Virus record (IMG/VR): IMGVR_UViG_3300028837_002886
Coordinates: 32,001 to 96,000 of that record
DNA: 64,000 nt
Reading direction: 5' to 3' (one strand)
Source of the DNA: a virus
Shown here: positions 37,880 through 48,011 of the stretch, piece by piece
Layout: the number at the start of each line of letters is the position of its first letter
Position numbering within the stretch: position 1 is the first letter of the stretch
Made by a program: the position numbers and the translations under genes
The notes under the pieces: model-generated
What the model saw: only the letters and a program-made list of their open reading frames with translations
Databases searched by the model: none
Told to the model about the DNA's origin: nothing

Positions 37880-39969
37880 ACGGTAACATTATCGTCCTCG
37901 TATATCGTTATGATGTCTCCATTTCTCGTAATTTTGTTTTCTGATATTTTTCTAATTATATCAACATCTAAATCTACTCTGTCTATTGTTTCTACACCAG
38001 ACGATATTGTATTATCTATAGATCTTAAAACACCAACCAAGGCGTGAAAATAGATTCTTAGCCAATTTAATTTTGGAGTATTCTCTCCTGTACTAATCAT
38101 TGTTGCTTTAAACTGAATTATATTTCCACAGTATTTAATATCATCACCACTGTTATACGGTTTATATCCAACTTCTAGTGGATGATCAACGTGTCTCACC
38201 TCTATCGATAGTCCTGTTCCTGATGGAGTTTCAGCATAAAAAGATACACTATCTAAATACACCCCATTTGTATTATCTTCAGGTTGATAGGCAAAACTTT
38301 CGTAATAGCCACTACTTTCATAACCCGCGCTGGAAGTTATTTCCACATTATCCAATTCAGGAGTAACATTTATATCTGTTGTAGATAACTGCCACTTAAG
38401 TCGTATTTTATCAGGACTGCCCATACTTTGCATTGCTGTTTCCAACTGTGTCAACGTAAGCCATGATTCGTTCCAACTCCCACCACTATTAACTGAGTAC
38501 TGTCTGAGAACAGTCGTATTTGCTGGAATAGTAAAAGTCTCTACAACAGAAAGCCATGCAAATATCTCCGCAGGATCAATATCAGTATTCATTGCTATTT
38601 CATGGTTTCCCAAAGGATACACCACATCTTCAGCTACATAAATATTATCTAATTCTGGCGTAACTATTCCTACGTCTGAATGCATAAAAGCTCTAAATTT
38701 GAAAACCCCAGAACTTGCAAGTGTAGAAATATTAGAATTAATTATACTTGCGACATTAGATTCACTAGCATAATACCAAGAATCAGTTTGCCCTCCCGTG
38801 ATAGCGGTCCAAGCGGCGCCATTCCACCATTTCCAAGTGGCTCCATTATCAGAGCTAATTTGATGTTTTATCCCTGAGCCCGCCGGTTTAGTAGATGTTT
38901 CTGTGAATACACCTAACACAGTAGCAAAAGCATAGCCAGAATTAGGGTAAACATCTGGATTATCAATTGCGTAAGTATCAGGCATTAATTCTGTTCCAGC
39001 TCCTCCATTATATCTATAATTCACATAAGAAGCACTAAGTTCTTGATCGTAAATAACTATTTCATCAACTTGTCCTTTTATTGTATCGATACTAGTAGAA
39101 ATATTTAAATATTCACTATTAACAGTAGTTCCTGTTAATGTGTTATTATTAAGAATATATGAATTTTCTATATTATCTATGTAAATATGCATGCCATTAG
39201 CTGTAGAACTACCATCATAAGTAACAACAATATGATGATAATTATCATCATCTAAAATAATACTTGTCGCAACTTGTATAACATTAGAGTTGGCATCCCT
39301 AATAAAAAATCTAAGTTCTTCGGTTCCATCATTCCAATAAATATTAAATCCTTGTAAAACTCCTCCTTTTTTGAAGAGACGTTGATGTCCATCAGTATTC
39401 TGTAATTTAAACCAACCTTCAAAACTAAACTCATCTGTTTTTTCAAAACTAGCTATATTTCCACAATTTATCCATTCATTAACTCCATCAAATTGCAAAC
39501 AATTATTTAATTTTCCAGTAACCCAATCTGCATCTTCCATATTTTGAGTTGTTCCATTCCTACCATTCCCAGAAGAATCAGGAACATTGGTTCCAGAAGA
39601 TTCGTTTAAATGATACCACGCATAAGGATTTAGTGGAATTCCTTTTAATCGCGCTACACCTCCGGTTACTTCAATCTTAGCTCCATCAAACGTGTAATTG
39701 CCACTTGTCGTAAATGACCAATTATTATCGCCACCAGCCGCGGGCTTTAACTTGGCAACTTCATTAGCTATCTCTATTTTTGTATCATCATAAGTATAAT
39801 TTGCTGAGGTAGTGAACGGAATGTCGTCACTACTACCAGTTTTTTTTGCAAGTCCTAGATAGGCGCTATCGCCACTACCAATAACTTCTACGTTGCTTTT
39901 TGTAGGACTTCCAAAATTAAATTGTGTATCGCTATTCCATTGAGCTATTCTGGTTGGCATATTTTTCAC
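37834..39969 (-). CDS. LamG/concanavalin-A-like domain virion protein, 711 aa
   Basis: YHLNESSG...DSSGNG, LQFDG, YHHIVVTYDG, GQVDEIVIYD; duplicated NYTYD.KIE..VA.LK segment. Confidence 0.85.
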   Translation of the reverse strand: MKNMPTRIAQWNSDTQFNFGSPTKSNVEVIGSGDSAYLGLAKKTGSSDDIPFTTSANYTYDDTKIEIANEVAKLKPAAGGDNNWSFTTSGNYTFDGAKIEVTGGVARLKGIPLNPYAWYHLNESSGTNVPDSSGNGRNGTTQNMEDADWVTGKLNNCLQFDGVNEWINCGNIASFEKTDEFSFEGWFKLQNTDGHQRLFKKGGVLQGFNIYWNDGTEELRFFIRDANSNVIQVATSIILDDDNYHHIVVTYDGSSTANGMHIYIDNIENSYILNNNTLTGTTVNSEYLNISTSIDTIKGQVDEIVIYDQELSASYVNYRYNGGAGTELMPDTYAIDNPDVYPNSGYAFATVLGVFTETSTKPAGSGIKHQISSDNGATWKWWNGAAWTAITGGQTDSWYYASESNVASIINSNISTLASSGVFKFRAFMHSDVGIVTPELDNIYVAEDVVYPLGNHEIAMNTDIDPAEIFAWLSVVETFTIPANTTVLRQYSVNSGGSWNESWLTLTQLETAMQSMGSPDKIRLKWQLSTTDINVTPELDNVEITSSAGYESSGYYESFAYQPEDNTNGVYLDSVSFYAETPSGTGLSIEVRHVDHPLEVGYKPYNSGDDIKYCGNIIQFKATMISTGENTPKLNWLRIYFHALVGVLRSIDNTISSGVETIDRVDLDVDIIRKISENKITRNGDIITIYEDDNVTVWKKFDLSLGGRVAL

Positions 39970-40033
39970 CTAGTAAGATTAGTTAGCTTATGTATACTGT
40001 TACCTCCCAGTTTTATATATTTTATCTTGTGTT

Positions 40034-40666
40034 TCATTGTTCAAATGTATATTTTATAAATTCAAGCTTTGGGTTTTTTGTTATGTCAAAATCTCCCCAA
40101 TTCTCAAGTTCCTCATCGATATATTTTTGCAGCCAATCTGCGTATTTACTGTCTATTTCAAAAATAGCCTCTTCTACTTTTTTCTCCAAGTAAGGTAAAT
40201 TTTTCTTAGTCTGTATTATCTTTTTCCTGGCAAGCTCAGACGTCCCAATCATATCTGCGAAACTTGGGTCCATGTCTAGTTTGTCTGTTATTTTTCTGGC
40301 ATACACTTTATAACTGGATGGCTTCATGCTCGGGAGAGTACGTTGCTTTACTGGATACTCCTTTTCGTATTTGGCTAACGCATAGACGAGTTTTTTGTAA
40401 TTATCAAAAAGATCCGTATCAATGTATAAATAATTATCCTCGCGCGTGGGTTCATATAACAGATAGCCTGACAGGATGACAGCGTTTGTTATTTTATTCA
40501 TTGTAGCTAGCGCGTCTTGCCAGGCCTCCGCCTCGGCTTCCAGTTCTACTTCTGCCATTATTTCGTGATAAGTATACACAAAATTTTTGATATACTTGTT
40601 GCTAAGCGCGCGGTGTTTCGCAAAGTACATAAAATCATCAAAATTCATTTCATCGTCGTCGTACAT
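40034..40666 (-). CDS. Acidic helical hypothetical protein
   Basis: Ends DITKNPKLEFIKYTFEQ. Confidence 0.65.
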   Translation of the reverse strand: MYDDDEMNFDDFMYFAKHRALSNKYIKNFVYTYHEIMAEVELEAEAEAWQDALATMNKITNAVILSGYLLYEPTREDNYLYIDTDLFDNYKKLVYALAKYEKEYPVKQRTLPSMKPSSYKVYARKITDKLDMDPSFADMIGTSELARKKIIQTKKNLPYLEKKVEEAIFEIDSKYADWLQKYIDEELENWGDFDITKNPKLEFIKYTFEQ

Positions 40667-40668
40667 AA

Positions 40669-41130
40669 TTAGGACTCGTGAATTTTTTTCAAAGCTTCGA
40701 CATGATGAAATTGTCTTAATTTCGCGCCGAATGCTTCGAAATATTTTGCTATATCTTTATACGAACCTTTCTTTACTGCGATTACTATTGCTGATGGAAA
40801 AAACATCCTACGGTGTTTTTCATATACTATATATAGACGATAGCCCTCATACTGTTTAAACCATGACCTAGCCCGCTCTATACTGCTATCGTGATCTAAA
40901 CCTATTTTTACAGCTAGATCGTCGTGGCTCGTGCGCTTAGACATCGACCCAGTTATCCAAAATAAAATACTTAACAAGTCTTCATCGGGATAAAGATCGA
41001 ACATATCATGTATCGTCTGTCTCTTTATTGGTTTCATTCGTAAGTTGTCTCCCTGCCTTCCCTGCTCATTGTGTAAAAATCTTCCAATGCCCCGGTCAAT
41101 AGGGACCACGATAAGTAGCCCAGTAGCCAT
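40669..41130 (-). CDS. Hypothetical protein
   Basis: ORF in operon. Confidence 0.55.
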   Translation of the reverse strand: MATGLLIVVPIDRGIGRFLHNEQGRQGDNLRMKPIKRQTIHDMFDLYPDEDLLSILFWITGSMSKRTSHDDLAVKIGLDHDSSIERARSWFKQYEGYRLYIVYEKHRRMFFPSAIVIAVKKGSYKDIAKYFEAFGAKLRQFHHVEALKKIHES

Positions 41131-41359
41131 TCCTCGTTTCGTCCAGCAAACTCCGCGCGTATTTGATATACCGTTCTCTTGATGCGACCAGTGCTCATTA
41201 CAGAACGCCGAGATCCTTTGACTATTTCTTTGAACCCCAAGTTATGCATGTAGGCTATCTTTTTTAAAACATGCTCTAATTCGCGCACAACTGGGCCCTG
41301 TACAGGTAGTTGATCTTCAAACATTATCATTAAATGTAATTTCTTTGGCAATCTTATTT

Positions 41360-41659
41360 TCATAATTTTTTCATCGGCGGCCAGGCGCCTTCGTGGAATT
41401 GGGCTATTATAAAAGTTTCCTTCGCTTGATTCTTCCTCATCCACTGTTCCCAATCCCATTTTAATATTTCATAGATTTCTTCACCTAACGCGTTAGGCTC
41501 CAAGTCACGCGGATCGGTTGCGCCCGTTCCATATGTTAGATTGCTGATAGCATTATCTTCAGCGGTCTCGATATCATCAATAAACCAAAACCCTCCGAAT
41601 TTCTCTTTTAGTTCTTCTTTGTGTTGTAATATCAAATCTACAAATTTGTCTATTGTCAT
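41360..41659 (-). CDS. Hypothetical acidic protein
   Basis: ORF in operon. Confidence 0.6.
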   Translation of the reverse strand: MTIDKFVDLILQHKEELKEKFGGFWFIDDIETAEDNAISNLTYGTGATDPRDLEPNALGEEIYEILKWDWEQWMRKNQAKETFIIAQFHEGAWPPMKKL

Positions 41660-41925
41660 GTCTTATCTTCATGTCGACTTTCTATCAAGCGTTTAATCAT
41701 GTTGATTTTTGCTTCATATAATGTTTCGAACAAATCATCCGGGTGTGCATATATTTTCTTTTCAATATCTAGATGTCCATCGCTCAGCCCTTTGATGATA
41801 TTTACTGAGATCAACGGTTTTGATTTAGAAATAAAATCAACTTCAGCCTCAGCTACGTGCCAACTCAGCTTGTTATTTAGTGGCAAACTGTGGTATAGTA
41901 AATATACTTTTTCGCCCTTTTTCAT
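41656..41925 (-). CDS. Small protein, paralog of 43328-43591
   Basis: MKKGEKVY...SW...PDDLF.T..EAKINMIKRLIE. Confidence 0.75.
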   Translation of the reverse strand: MKKGEKVYLLYHSLPLNNKLSWHVAEAEVDFISKSKPLISVNIIKGLSDGHLDIEKKIYAHPDDLFETLYEAKINMIKRLIESRHEDKT

Positions 41926-41948
41926 GAGCTTTTTGAAACCTCCATAAA

Positions 41949-43142
41949 TTATCGTAAATATTCAAATTTGGCGGTTAAGCATCCTTTGAATAGGATCATT
42001 CCATTCTTTATATAGACCGGCAAATGACTCACCTGAGAGTCGTTATAAAAATCTGTTTTATAAATCAAAGGAATGAAATCTGATAAATTCTTACTGAACG
42101 ATTCGCTTGACTCTCGAGCCAACCCACTCGGTAGATTATCAATCGCCATAATCATAATCTTTTTGCCATTTGCTCTCTTTGGTTTCCACCAATAAATAGG
42201 ATCTTTAAATGTGGTTGTTCTATTTACTAACTTATTTCCACCATTTATATCACACGTAAAATCTCCAATAATCCTAAGCCTAGAATTCAATCTATTCTGA
42301 AACATTAACTTTTCTAGAATTGGTGGTTCCCACGGTTTCCAGGATGTTGCATTAATCAAAACTGTGAGGTAAGGTAAAAATCTGCCAAGTCCTCGATCCT
42401 TTGTGTGTTCTCTCGTAAACTGAGTTACATAGATATCCTGCTGTGCTCGAAACCGTTTCTTCGCAGAGATGGCAAATAACTCCTCAGGTTTTATATAACG
42501 ACAAGATAAACAATTCAGCACTTCTAAGGCGCCCTTTGCCATACGACCATTCCCCACAATCCCAATTATAAAGGATGTTAAACTCCTTGGAAATGATCCA
42601 CACACCTGCCGTTGAAGATTATGTTTTAAAAGCTTAACGTTTTGATATAGCCGCGCGGTAAAGAGATTCACAAAAGGTGTACAAAGATCTTCCTTTAAAA
42701 ACTGCTTACCTAAAAGTCTTAACACCTCTACCATACCCACTATGCCAGCGAATCTGCCAAATGTCGAAAGTTTTTCGCCTGCAGCAGTGGTCATCAATTC
42801 ATAGTCAAAGAGATTACACCCTGACCGCATTAACTTTTGTAACATTGCCCGATTACATTCTTGCGCCAAGTGCGTATGTGAAAAGAAAAAGTAAGTTGAA
42901 TGCTTCTGAATAAACTTTAGAGCAACATCTTTTATACCAAAGACTACACAATCTTGACTTAAGTGCTTCACCAATCTTGCTCCTACTTGCGCATACTCCT
43001 TATCCTTAAACGCTCTTTCTTTTGACTTCTGTACTTCTACATCAATACCAAAATCGAGCAATAATGATTCTACGTTAGCAGGCATAAGAGGGGATCGGGT
43101 CTCGCCGGGATGATTCTCTCGTCTAATACCAATCTTGTTCAC
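41949..43142 (-). CDS. Lysine-ketoglutarate reductase / saccharopine dehydrogenase (AlaDh/PNT superfamily)
   Basis: IGIRRE, RSPLMP, FFFSHTH.AQ..N, DYE, FGRFAG, GNGRMAKGA, DFTCD, IDNLPS. Confidence 0.85.
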   Translation of the reverse strand: MNKIGIRRENHPGETRSPLMPANVESLLLDFGIDVEVQKSKERAFKDKEYAQVGARLVKHLSQDCVVFGIKDVALKFIQKHSTYFFFSHTHLAQECNRAMLQKLMRSGCNLFDYELMTTAAGEKLSTFGRFAGIVGMVEVLRLLGKQFLKEDLCTPFVNLFTARLYQNVKLLKHNLQRQVCGSFPRSLTSFIIGIVGNGRMAKGALEVLNCLSCRYIKPEELFAISAKKRFRAQQDIYVTQFTREHTKDRGLGRFLPYLTVLINATSWKPWEPPILEKLMFQNRLNSRLRIIGDFTCDINGGNKLVNRTTTFKDPIYWWKPKRANGKKIMIMAIDNLPSGLARESSESFSKNLSDFIPLIYKTDFYNDSQVSHLPVYIKNGMILFKGCLTAKFEYLR

Positions 43143-43327
43143 TTTTAAATCCTATGTTATATTAAATATTTCTTTCTCTTCTACCTCTTCTCCTGCTAGC
43201 TCTTCAAGCTTTTTTATAATGGGTCTAACTTCTTCGTCTTCTACCCACACTAAGCGTTCTACCATTCTCATCCACGGTAATAAATCTTTAGCAAGCTCAG
43301 CTATCTCTTTTCCAAACTCTGTCTTGG

Positions 43328-43591
43328 TCATTCTGCTATTCGTTCTTCTATAAGTCGCCTTACTAAATTAATTTTCGCCTCGGCTGCGGTTTTGAACAGA
43401 TCTTTTGGCCTCGCGTAATGAGACGCGTTTTTTCTAAATCTGAAAAAATAGGCACCTACTTTTTCTATCATCTTTACGCTGGATACAGTACCCACAATGG
43501 AATTAATATTCACCTTCCATATGGCCCAGCTGGGTTTTTCGTTTACGCCCCATCCTGTGAAAAGAAAGTATACTACATCTCCCTTTTTCAT
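43328..43591 (-). CDS. Small protein, paralog of 41656-41925
   Basis: MKKGDVVY...PKDLFKTAAEAKINLVRRLIE. Confidence 0.75.
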   Translation of the reverse strand: MKKGDVVYFLFTGWGVNEKPSWAIWKVNINSIVGTVSSVKMIEKVGAYFFRFRKNASHYARPKDLFKTAAEAKINLVRRLIEERIAE

Positions 43592-44910
43592 ACTTTACCC
43601 CAACCCCACATGTTGAGCATATAGGCCTTGAAAGCTTTACCTAACAGGTCGGCCTTGTTTATATTATGCTTGACCTTTCTGAGCTTATAACCGTTTATCA
43701 ATAACGCTTTTTTGATATCCTCAGCTTTCATACTCTTGGTGCCTTCGTATCTATTCCACATACCCTCGAGTTTTCTGATGGTGTCATCTATCCTGTCGTT
43801 GATTTTTTGTTTATTATATGGTATGCCAAGTTTCTTAGTACTGCGCGCTCTAAATAGATCATCGGTGCTTTTATATTTATTCATGGTTTTTGGGCCAAAC
43901 TTGCTTATTTTAGAAATGCCGAAAACATCATTGAGCATGAACATGTTGAAACTTTTCATGATAGGATCCAACTCGTCTCTCAACGGTCCCCAAAGTGCTT
44001 GATTGAGTTCCCTAAAGTCCCCGGTAATTTTTAACAGGGTTTCTCTATCAAGACCCTTGCGGTATTTAACAACCAACCCTTCTATTCTTGGATGTTCCGG
44101 TGGGACCTCTACTTCTGGCCCAGCCAGCTTGGAAACCATTTTGGTGAGGATAATAGAACCGACTTTGTCTGCTATTGTGCGCATTAACTCAAACTGTTTT
44201 TCTGGATCCTTTTCTGCGCGCAGTTGTTTTATTTCACCAATATTTTTCCAGGCTTTCAAAACAGGTTCAAGTGTTTTTCCTATGTCCTCTTTGTCTATTT
44301 TGATGGGACCTTTGAACTCCCAAGCACTTGTTCTTTTACCAACTACCCTATCTACATCTGCCGGGGTGCCTATATAACTGACTACATCGGATATTACACT
44401 CATCTGACCGATCACATCTGCAAGGTCGTTTAGATTGTATTCGGCATCTACCGGCTCAAAATCTTTCTCTGGATCTACATAACCATGAAAGACAACATAG
44501 TTTTTTGTCTCGCTGTATGGTACTATGTTCGGCACAAAGCCAAATATGATTTCACAATTTATGAAATTTCTATCTAGGCCGTATTTCTTTTTATCTTCTT
44601 CGGAGAGCTTCCTGAAACCTTTTTTGATTGCTTTGAAACCGGCCCTAAAAGCATCGGAGCCCGGATGGGTAATTGGGAATTTTTCATCTATGTTGGCAGA
44701 GGGTTTGGCTTTCTTGCTTCTAACATACACTACGTTATTGTAATTGTCAAAACCAACCATAAGGTTGGCGCCATCTACTTTTTCGTAAGCTTCGGTGCGA
44801 CCTTTTAGCAGATCGTTTATAAATCCGATAAATCTTGAAGGGGACAGAACTTCATATGGGTGGGCCATGTGACCTGCCGCTCCGCCTTCAAACAGTTGAG
44901 CGTTATTCAT
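43588..44910 (-). CDS. RNA-ligase-like covalent nucleotidyltransferase
   Basis: Motif I EKVDGAN, III NCEII, IIIa VVFH, IV EGLVV, V LLKIT; N-terminal LFEGGAAGHMAHP. Confidence 0.65.
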   Translation of the reverse strand: MNNAQLFEGGAAGHMAHPYEVLSPSRFIGFINDLLKGRTEAYEKVDGANLMVGFDNYNNVVYVRSKKAKPSANIDEKFPITHPGSDAFRAGFKAIKKGFRKLSEEDKKKYGLDRNFINCEIIFGFVPNIVPYSETKNYVVFHGYVDPEKDFEPVDAEYNLNDLADVIGQMSVISDVVSYIGTPADVDRVVGKRTSAWEFKGPIKIDKEDIGKTLEPVLKAWKNIGEIKQLRAEKDPEKQFELMRTIADKVGSIILTKMVSKLAGPEVEVPPEHPRIEGLVVKYRKGLDRETLLKITGDFRELNQALWGPLRDELDPIMKSFNMFMLNDVFGISKISKFGPKTMNKYKSTDDLFRARSTKKLGIPYNKQKINDRIDDTIRKLEGMWNRYEGTKSMKAEDIKKALLINGYKLRKVKHNINKADLLGKAFKAYMLNMWGWGKV

Positions 44911-44952
44911 GTTGAGACACCTCTGCTATTTATCTTTGTGGGAAGAATATAT

Positions 44953-45699
44953 TTATGCGGGCTTGACGCGCTTTTTAGCTTCAGTCTTGGAGATAGGCTT
45001 AATTTCGTATGTTCCGTCTTTGTTTACTTTTTCAATAGCGCCGTATTTCTCGTCATCGCCGATGCGAACGACGCGGCCCGGGACCATTAGATCTTTCTTG
45101 CTTGGGGGTTTAGGTTGACCTTGTTGCCTCTTCTTTTGTTCTTTTTCCAAATGCTTATACAAACCCTCAGTGGTCCATAGCTTTGGATCTTTTACTTTCT
45201 TGGCATATCCTTTATCTATTCTCAGACCGGCATACTTGCCTGTAGGCATTTTAAGAAGAAGACCAGCAACACTCTTGAGTTCGCCAAGAATGTTTTCATT
45301 TATGATCATATCGCCGGCGACGTTATACAAATCGTTTGAGAGTTTTCGTCTAGCCGCTCTATCTAAATGAAGTCTTGCAATATGATAAAACTCATGAGCG
45401 ATGATAAACATTAGTTGTTCGGGTGGGAACGTATCGATAAAAGCTTCGTTGTAGTAAAAGTTTATTTTGCCGTCCTGTATATTAACGCCCGCGGTTTGTA
45501 CGTCAGGGTGGTTTTTGATAAATCTACACTTTAAAAGAAAAGTGGCGAATAAAGCATCCCTCGGAATGAGATGCTGTATCATCGCGCGCAATTTTTCTGG
45601 AGGTCTTGTTTCTTCTTGTTCTAACAGCAGGTTGCCGATCTCGACAAATGGATCTTGTACCCGCTCATTCATTCGTTCAAGTAAACTCTTAAGACTCAC
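44953..45699 (-). CDS. Stand-alone HExxH metallopeptidase-like domain (DUF2201 N-terminal type)
   Basis: TAGV, AHEFYH, NVAGDMIINE. Confidence 0.85.
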   Translation of the reverse strand: MSLKSLLERMNERVQDPFVEIGNLLLEQEETRPPEKLRAMIQHLIPRDALFATFLLKCRFIKNHPDVQTAGVNIQDGKINFYYNEAFIDTFPPEQLMFIIAHEFYHIARLHLDRAARRKLSNDLYNVAGDMIINENILGELKSVAGLLLKMPTGKYAGLRIDKGYAKKVKDPKLWTTEGLYKHLEKEQKKRQQGQPKPPSKKDLMVPGRVVRIGDDEKYGAIEKVNKDGTYEIKPISKTEAKKRVKPA

Positions 45700-48001
45700 G
45701 CTTTACTCCTGCGAGTTTGAGCATATCTTCTGTGATTGTTATATCGGGAGTTAGAGGAGAAATAGCCTCTTCCTTTTTGGTTTTCTTTTTCTTTCTCTCG
45801 TGAAGGATAAAGTTCTTTGTCTCGGTATTAATGAACCGCTGTTTGAGCTCTGGATCTTTAATTCTTACGGCTGCCTTTTCGATAGGCTCATAAGTTTCTC
45901 CAGACTTCATCATTTGCATGTACTTCTTTTTATCATCTCCAGTTGCTATTTGCTCAAACTGCTTATCGATAGACTGCATGAAGCCATCCCATCCAGCCTT
46001 GATGCGATCAATGCCGAGCTGCAACAGGCCTGCTTTATAATCTATGGCCAGCTGATTCTTCATTTCAAGAGCAGGAGCCAATGACTCAAAGTGGGCTGTA
46101 ATAATTTCAGCGCCTATGTCTAGGTCCTTAACGAATTGACCAACGTTCATGAGGGCTTGAGTCAAAGGATCGCTTTTTGCTGATTCGTAATATTTAATAC
46201 CCTTTTCCTTCATATATTTCTTCATGGCCGTTTTGGAACCGAAGTTGGCGATTTCCTGTGCCATTTCATTCATCATAATTTCATGGTCGATGGACTTGCC
46301 TTTGATTTTCTCGCGAACACCCTTGTAATTTAATAGGACATCTCTGGATGAAACCGCTTGCTTTTTGAGTTCTTCATAGTTGAGTACCATTTCGGATACT
46401 AGTTCTTCAGAATCTTTGCCTAGAAGTCTAGGAGCAACGGATTTAAACAAGTCGGCTTGACTGGCTACAATATACGCTCTTGCTCCGACGGCCTCTACAT
46501 CTTTCATGTCCTTGAATGATTTCTTGCCTAATTCCTGATAATTCTTTTTCTGAGCGTCTTCAAGAGCGCTGTACTCTTTCAAGCCCTTTAGTTTGGTCAT
46601 CCTATCTACAGAAGTCCATGTTGCTGGATCTAACCAGCCTGATTCGGCTTCGCCGCCGAAACCCTTCATGACTTTCTGAAAGGCCGCTTGAGGATCCTTG
46701 CTTTCTTCTGTCCATTTTAGTAGGTTAGATGTTATGATAGAAAGAACAGGCCCTGTGTTGATTTTCTTGTTTTTGTAATCGATGATGGTGTCTTTCTTGG
46801 AGAACTTTAGCCAATCTGGTAAGCTGTACTCCATTCTCATCTTGTACATAAAACGTCTAAGAGTAGGAGCGTCGAGCTCGTTGACTGCGGTCGCGTTGTC
46901 TACTTCGCCCGCGTTGCCGGCTGCGATAGCGATTGTATTTTTTGGTAAAACATATGTTCCTATTTTACCTGTAAGCGCCAGGTTCATGGCTGCTTTCATT
47001 TGTTCTTGAGAACCAGCGTTGAACTCATCCAAGAACAATAAGTGCTTCTTCGTGCTGCCTTGCTCTGGCATTACATCCGACACCTGCATTGTAACACCCT
47101 TGCGCCCTGTCATTTTTCCTTCCATGTCTATAACAGGAAAACCAGCGAGAGTTTCAATAGGCACGTGCTGTATTTGGAGCAATGTTACTTCCCAGCCTCT
47201 CTTCTCAAAAAATTCTGTAATGACTTCGGATTTGCCAACACCAGGAGGACCATAAAGAAGCATTGACAGCTTTCGCTTTTCGCCAGCTGCGCCTGCTTCG
47301 ACTATGTCTGCCATATCTTCGAGTGTTTCTTCCAGGTCGCCGACTGTAATTATACTTTCAGCAACCGGAACGTCTTTTCTTTTACTAAGCTCTGCGGCCA
47401 TGCTTTGAATGTTGAACTCAGCCTCGGCTTGTTTTCTGACGCCCATGTATTCCTTCTCTGCCTCTTTGGGTGCCATAACTTCCAAACAAATCTTTTCTAA
47501 AAGAATTCTGTCTGCATCGCTTATGGCGTCTTCGGCGACACCTACCTTGGCGGGTGCCCACAGTGTAGGCCCTAAATAGAATATAGGGACCCCGCCTCTT
47601 GGGTGCATCTTGGCTACAGCAACACTACCATCTGGCTGCAAATGGCCTTTTATTTTGCCATTCTTGCTGCTCTCGTGTTGATACATCGGCACTTTCTTTT
47701 TGCCGCTATAGGTGACGCGCTTCATGTAATCGAGGTCTGGTGTGACCTTTTCGCCGCGATTGTTATAGAGGGCATATTTGTTATTTACTAACTTACATAT
47801 CGCAGCATGAAATCTGAACCAGGCTGGCTCAATAGCCTTGACTGCTTTTGACATTTTTTCATATATTTTTCTCAAGGCAACAGGAACAGCCGCAAGAGCC
47901 TTTTTAACCCCTGCGCCCATCTTTTGAGCTGTGGCCGGAATGTCAACTTCGTTTAGTTCATCATTCATTTTATCAAGTAGATGATCAAATCCGAGAGCCA
48001 T
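45689..48001 (-). CDS. MoxR-like AAA+ ATPase with long extensions, 770 aa
   Basis: GPPGVGKS, LFLDEFN, AAGN, DAPTLRRF. Confidence 0.88.
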   Translation of the reverse strand: MALGFDHLLDKMNDELNEVDIPATAQKMGAGVKKALAAVPVALRKIYEKMSKAVKAIEPAWFRFHAAICKLVNNKYALYNNRGEKVTPDLDYMKRVTYSGKKKVPMYQHESSKNGKIKGHLQPDGSVAVAKMHPRGGVPIFYLGPTLWAPAKVGVAEDAISDADRILLEKICLEVMAPKEAEKEYMGVRKQAEAEFNIQSMAAELSKRKDVPVAESIITVGDLEETLEDMADIVEAGAAGEKRKLSMLLYGPPGVGKSEVITEFFEKRGWEVTLLQIQHVPIETLAGFPVIDMEGKMTGRKGVTMQVSDVMPEQGSTKKHLLFLDEFNAGSQEQMKAAMNLALTGKIGTYVLPKNTIAIAAGNAGEVDNATAVNELDAPTLRRFMYKMRMEYSLPDWLKFSKKDTIIDYKNKKINTGPVLSIITSNLLKWTEESKDPQAAFQKVMKGFGGEAESGWLDPATWTSVDRMTKLKGLKEYSALEDAQKKNYQELGKKSFKDMKDVEAVGARAYIVASQADLFKSVAPRLLGKDSEELVSEMVLNYEELKKQAVSSRDVLLNYKGVREKIKGKSIDHEIMMNEMAQEIANFGSKTAMKKYMKEKGIKYYESAKSDPLTQALMNVGQFVKDLDIGAEIITAHFESLAPALEMKNQLAIDYKAGLLQLGIDRIKAGWDGFMQSIDKQFEQIATGDDKKKYMQMMKSGETYEPIEKAAVRIKDPELKQRFINTETKNFILHERKKKKTKKEEAISPLTPDITITEDMLKLAGVKRES

Positions 48002-48011
48002 TGTATTCCTC

